From contig NC_068983.1 in the NCBI RefSeq assembly GCF_001194135.2, forward strand, positions 80,907,606 to 80,947,165: a stretch of DNA of 39,560 bases, in the 5' to 3' direction. Source of the stretch: Octopus bimaculoides (Eukaryota). Shown here piece after piece: positions 36,766 to 39,560 of the stretch (the stretch's first letter is position 1; every line of letters starts with the position of its first letter). The position numbers were made by a program, and so were the translations under genes. The notes below the pieces were generated by a model. The model was not told the origin of the DNA. It searched no databases and saw only the letters and a program-made list of their open reading frames with translations.

Positions 36766-36801
36766 CTTTCTGTCGAAGAGTGTAGGCTCGAAACATAAAA
36801 G
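36766..36801 (+). ncRNA. Degenerate minimal hammerhead-like motif
   Basis: CTTT-CTGTCGA-A-GAG-tgtagg-CTC-GAAA-CATA-AAAG. A6 is replaced by U and stem III reads ACAT instead of ACGT. Confidence 0.35.
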
Positions 36802-37191
36802 ACTTTCTCACTTCCGAGTGTTAAACTAATACATCTGCTTGTTGTTTACATACCCATCTTCGTCTTTTGTTTTTTTTTGTAAATTCTCGCAGCTGATGAA
36901 GGAAATATTCTCTATGTGGCCTGTTTGTTTTCTGTGCTCTGTTTATGTTCTGTTTTTCATTTTTTCCACGTTTTTTTGTGACGTCCTGTACCCAGATATG
37001 CATCTATATATATATATATACATGTAGATGTAGGTATATACATATGCATATACTCACATATNNNNNNNNNNTTTCCACGTTTTTTTGTGACGTCCTGTAC
37101 CCAGATATGCATCTATATATATATATATACATGTAGATGTAGGTATATACATATGCATATACTCACATATTATTTGTATCATTATTTTATA

Positions 37192-37231
<40 letters not shown>

Positions 37232-37324
37232 CATATATATACACTCATATACATACATATATACATGCATACATACATATTATGTACACAGAAATATATG
37301 TCAACATTTGTATAGTTGTTATAT

Positions 37325-37545
37325 ACATCATCATCATTCTCAAATCCATTTTTCCATATTTGGATTAGATGAAGTTTATTGAGGCAACTTGTGCATCACC
37401 AGCCATCACCTGGCTCCAAGTAAGGTAATATTTCTCCATGATCGAGCATATTTTCACAGAATACTGAAAATGAAGGACACTGCTTGTCTGACAATGATGT
37501 TCACCTATATCTGCTACATGATGTCAAAACAAGGAGACACAAGCA
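37325..37545 (-). repeat. Family A-related repeat variant, degenerate
   Basis: (CAT)n start, TCCATTTTTCCAT.., CCAAGTAAGGTAATATTTCTCCATG. Confidence 0.5.
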
Positions 37546-37943
37546 TACACACATAGTATATACATACATACCCACACGCACGTATATACTACTTGTTCCA
37601 TGGTTGAGTAGTCAGCAAATAAACTAGTTCCCCCACTTGAGCAGCATGTGAGAAGCGTGTCTGGATATCTAGCAAAACTAAAAGCAAGAACTATCAAAGT
37701 TAGATGAGCTCCTTGTGGGCCAACAGTCATCCAGTTGGGGAAGGCAATGGCACAATGACAAACTACCTCAATGATCTCTGTCAAACAAACACAATGGCTT
37801 CATACAATGGGAGAACTCACACTTAATCAGAAAGATTATTGCAGCAGAGTCATCAATGTGCCACAAAAGTGTACAGTACATGACAATGATGACGATACAC
37901 ACACATACACACACACACGCACACACACGCACACATACACACG

Positions 37944-37985
<42 letters not shown>

Positions 37986-38005
37986 CACACATATATGTGC
38001 ATATA

Positions 38006-38910
38006 CAGGGTGCGATGGGTAAATTGTCACCCTCTTATAATTTTAATTTCACACATTTGCATTGTTTGTTTTTGATTTTGTCAACTACACAGTATAATAG
38101 GGCCAGTTGGGTACTGCCTGTGAGAAAAACAACACCATGACACAATTCACTCAGCCAGAAATTTGGAAACGACATGCTGTACTGTTTGACATTTGCACCG
38201 GAAGCTCCAGTATGAACATTTCAGAGTGTTTGAGTGTCAATCTGAGGACAGAGCAGAAGATTCGGAAGCAGTTGGATGAGTCTAATGGTGATTACAAAGG
38301 TATGACAGCTCAGAAAATTTACTCTGATAAGAGAAGAACTGAATTTGTTGGTGATATCCAGGCCATGATTGACAATGATCTCTCCAAATCAATCAGGTCT
38401 ATTGCCAGGGGCATGGGAGTGTCTGAATTTCTTATCAGGCAGGTAGTGCATGAAGATATTCGGTATTCCTCACAGAAGATGAGAAAGGGTCAATTTTTAT
38501 ACCAAGCCATCAAGAGAAAAGACTGTGCTACAAAGCTTTTGAACAAACTCAAGTATCCCCTCCAACAGAATGTGCTTTGGTTTTTCTCAGATGAGAAAGA
38601 ATTCTGCCAGGATCTGATGGTGAAGACATAGAACAACTATTGGATTACTGTGTCCCCAAAATGTGTACTGAGAATGATAAAAATCAAACATCCAGTCAAC
38701 ATTATGGTGTTTGGAGTGATCACTACATTCATCTTTCCACACGGCCACATACTTGATATGGAGGCCTACATCAAGTGCCTGGAGGAGGTAGTGCTGCTCT
38801 GGGTGAAAAGGGTGTCTGCTGGAAGATCCTATGTCTGGCAAGAAAACTCTGCATCATACCATATAAGCAGGAGAACCCAGTCATGGCTGTCAGACAATTT
38901 CTGCAACCAT
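38006..38910 (+). pseudogene. Tc1/mariner transposase, maT (DD37D)-like, 3' truncated
   Basis: TA|CAGGGTG left end. ATG 38137, HTH SIRSIARGMGVSEFLIRQVV, WFFSDEK, VMVFG-like IMVFGVIT, and WQENSA (decayed QQDSA). Single frame with one stop at 38629. The third Asp region is absent, so spacing cannot be counted. Confidence 0.8.
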
Positions 38911-39024
38911 ATGGGGATTACGAAGGTATGGCAGCTCAGAAAACTCATTCTGATCGTTTTGATAAGAGAAGAACTCCTGCATTTGTTGGTGAGATCCAGG
39001 CCATGATTGACAACTATCTCTCCA
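38911..39024 (+). repeat. Second copy of the transposase segment 38285-38387
   Basis: ATGGGGATTACGAAGGTATGGCAGCTCAGAAAA..GATCCAGGCCATGATTGACAA..CTCTCCAA. Confidence 0.9.
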
Positions 39025-39165
39025 ATATATTATATATATATATATATATATATAGATAGACAGATAGATAGATAGATAATATTTGTAGTCACTTTAAGGG
39101 ATCAATGCAGTAGTTATATATACATATATAATATGTGTGTGTGTATGTGTGTGTGTGTGTGTGTA

Positions 39166-39259
39166 TTCTTTCTTTTTATTCTTTTACTTGTTTCAGTCAT
39201 TTGACTGCGGCCATACTGGAGCACCACCTTTAGTCGAACAAATCGACCCCAGGACTTAT
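39166..39259 (-). mobile_element. SINE family B 3' fragment
   Basis: TTTCAGTCATTTGACTGCGGCCATACTGGAGCACCACC..GACCCCAGGACTTA is the reverse complement of 9575-9660. Confidence 0.9.
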
Positions 39260-39560
39260 ATATATATATATATAATAATATTAGGGACAAAATTCAAAAT
39301 TACAGGTAAAAAACTCAATTAAAATCAATTTATAAAAAATTAAAATTAAATTGAGCCTTATAGACAAAGTATATATAAAATATGTAGTTTTAGGGAAAAT
39401 AACCAATTTTCAAGAACTCATCGATGAAAATCCACTATCACATATAGAAAAATTAATAATTAAAAGCACAATAAATGAGTATAATATAAAGTAAAGTAAA
39501 TATCATAAGATAAATATAATAAATATAATAAATTACGGAAAAATTTGGATAAGTACTGTT

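Noticed and set aside
36893-36925. CTGATGA hammerhead core
   Set aside because: No stem II followed by GAAA in register, and stem I is at most 2 bp.
36963-37170. ~99-nt direct duplication (36963-37061 and 37072-37170)
   Set aside because: The copies flank a 10-N gap and are essentially identical, typical of unmerged contig overlap.

Overview
AT-rich, microsatellite-dense eukaryotic scaffold with 9 N-gaps. The repeat landscape (tRNA-headed SINEs, RTE tails ending in (ATG)n, CA/TA/ATCT tracts) looks like an Octopus-type coleoid cephalopod; this assignment is recalled resemblance, not a database result. I recognise no intact host protein-coding gene, and most listed ORFs are microsatellite or N artefacts. 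The window is probably a long intron or intergenic tract made of transposon relics: at least 4 SINE or SINE-like families, RTE, CR1/L2-like and L1/Tx1-like LINE fragments, a full-length DD34D mariner pseudogene with TIRs, a maT/DD37D-like transposase, mariner and hAT MITEs with TSDs, a non-autonomous Helitron and a triple C2H2 relic. The most interesting signal is at 35.9-36.9 kb: a cluster of minimal type-I hammerhead ribozyme motifs of the kind found in Penelope-like elements. It includes a variant with a compensatory G3-C8 core swap, present twice in a 91-bp near-perfect inverted repeat. Splice-site-defined exon candidates are given at low confidence.
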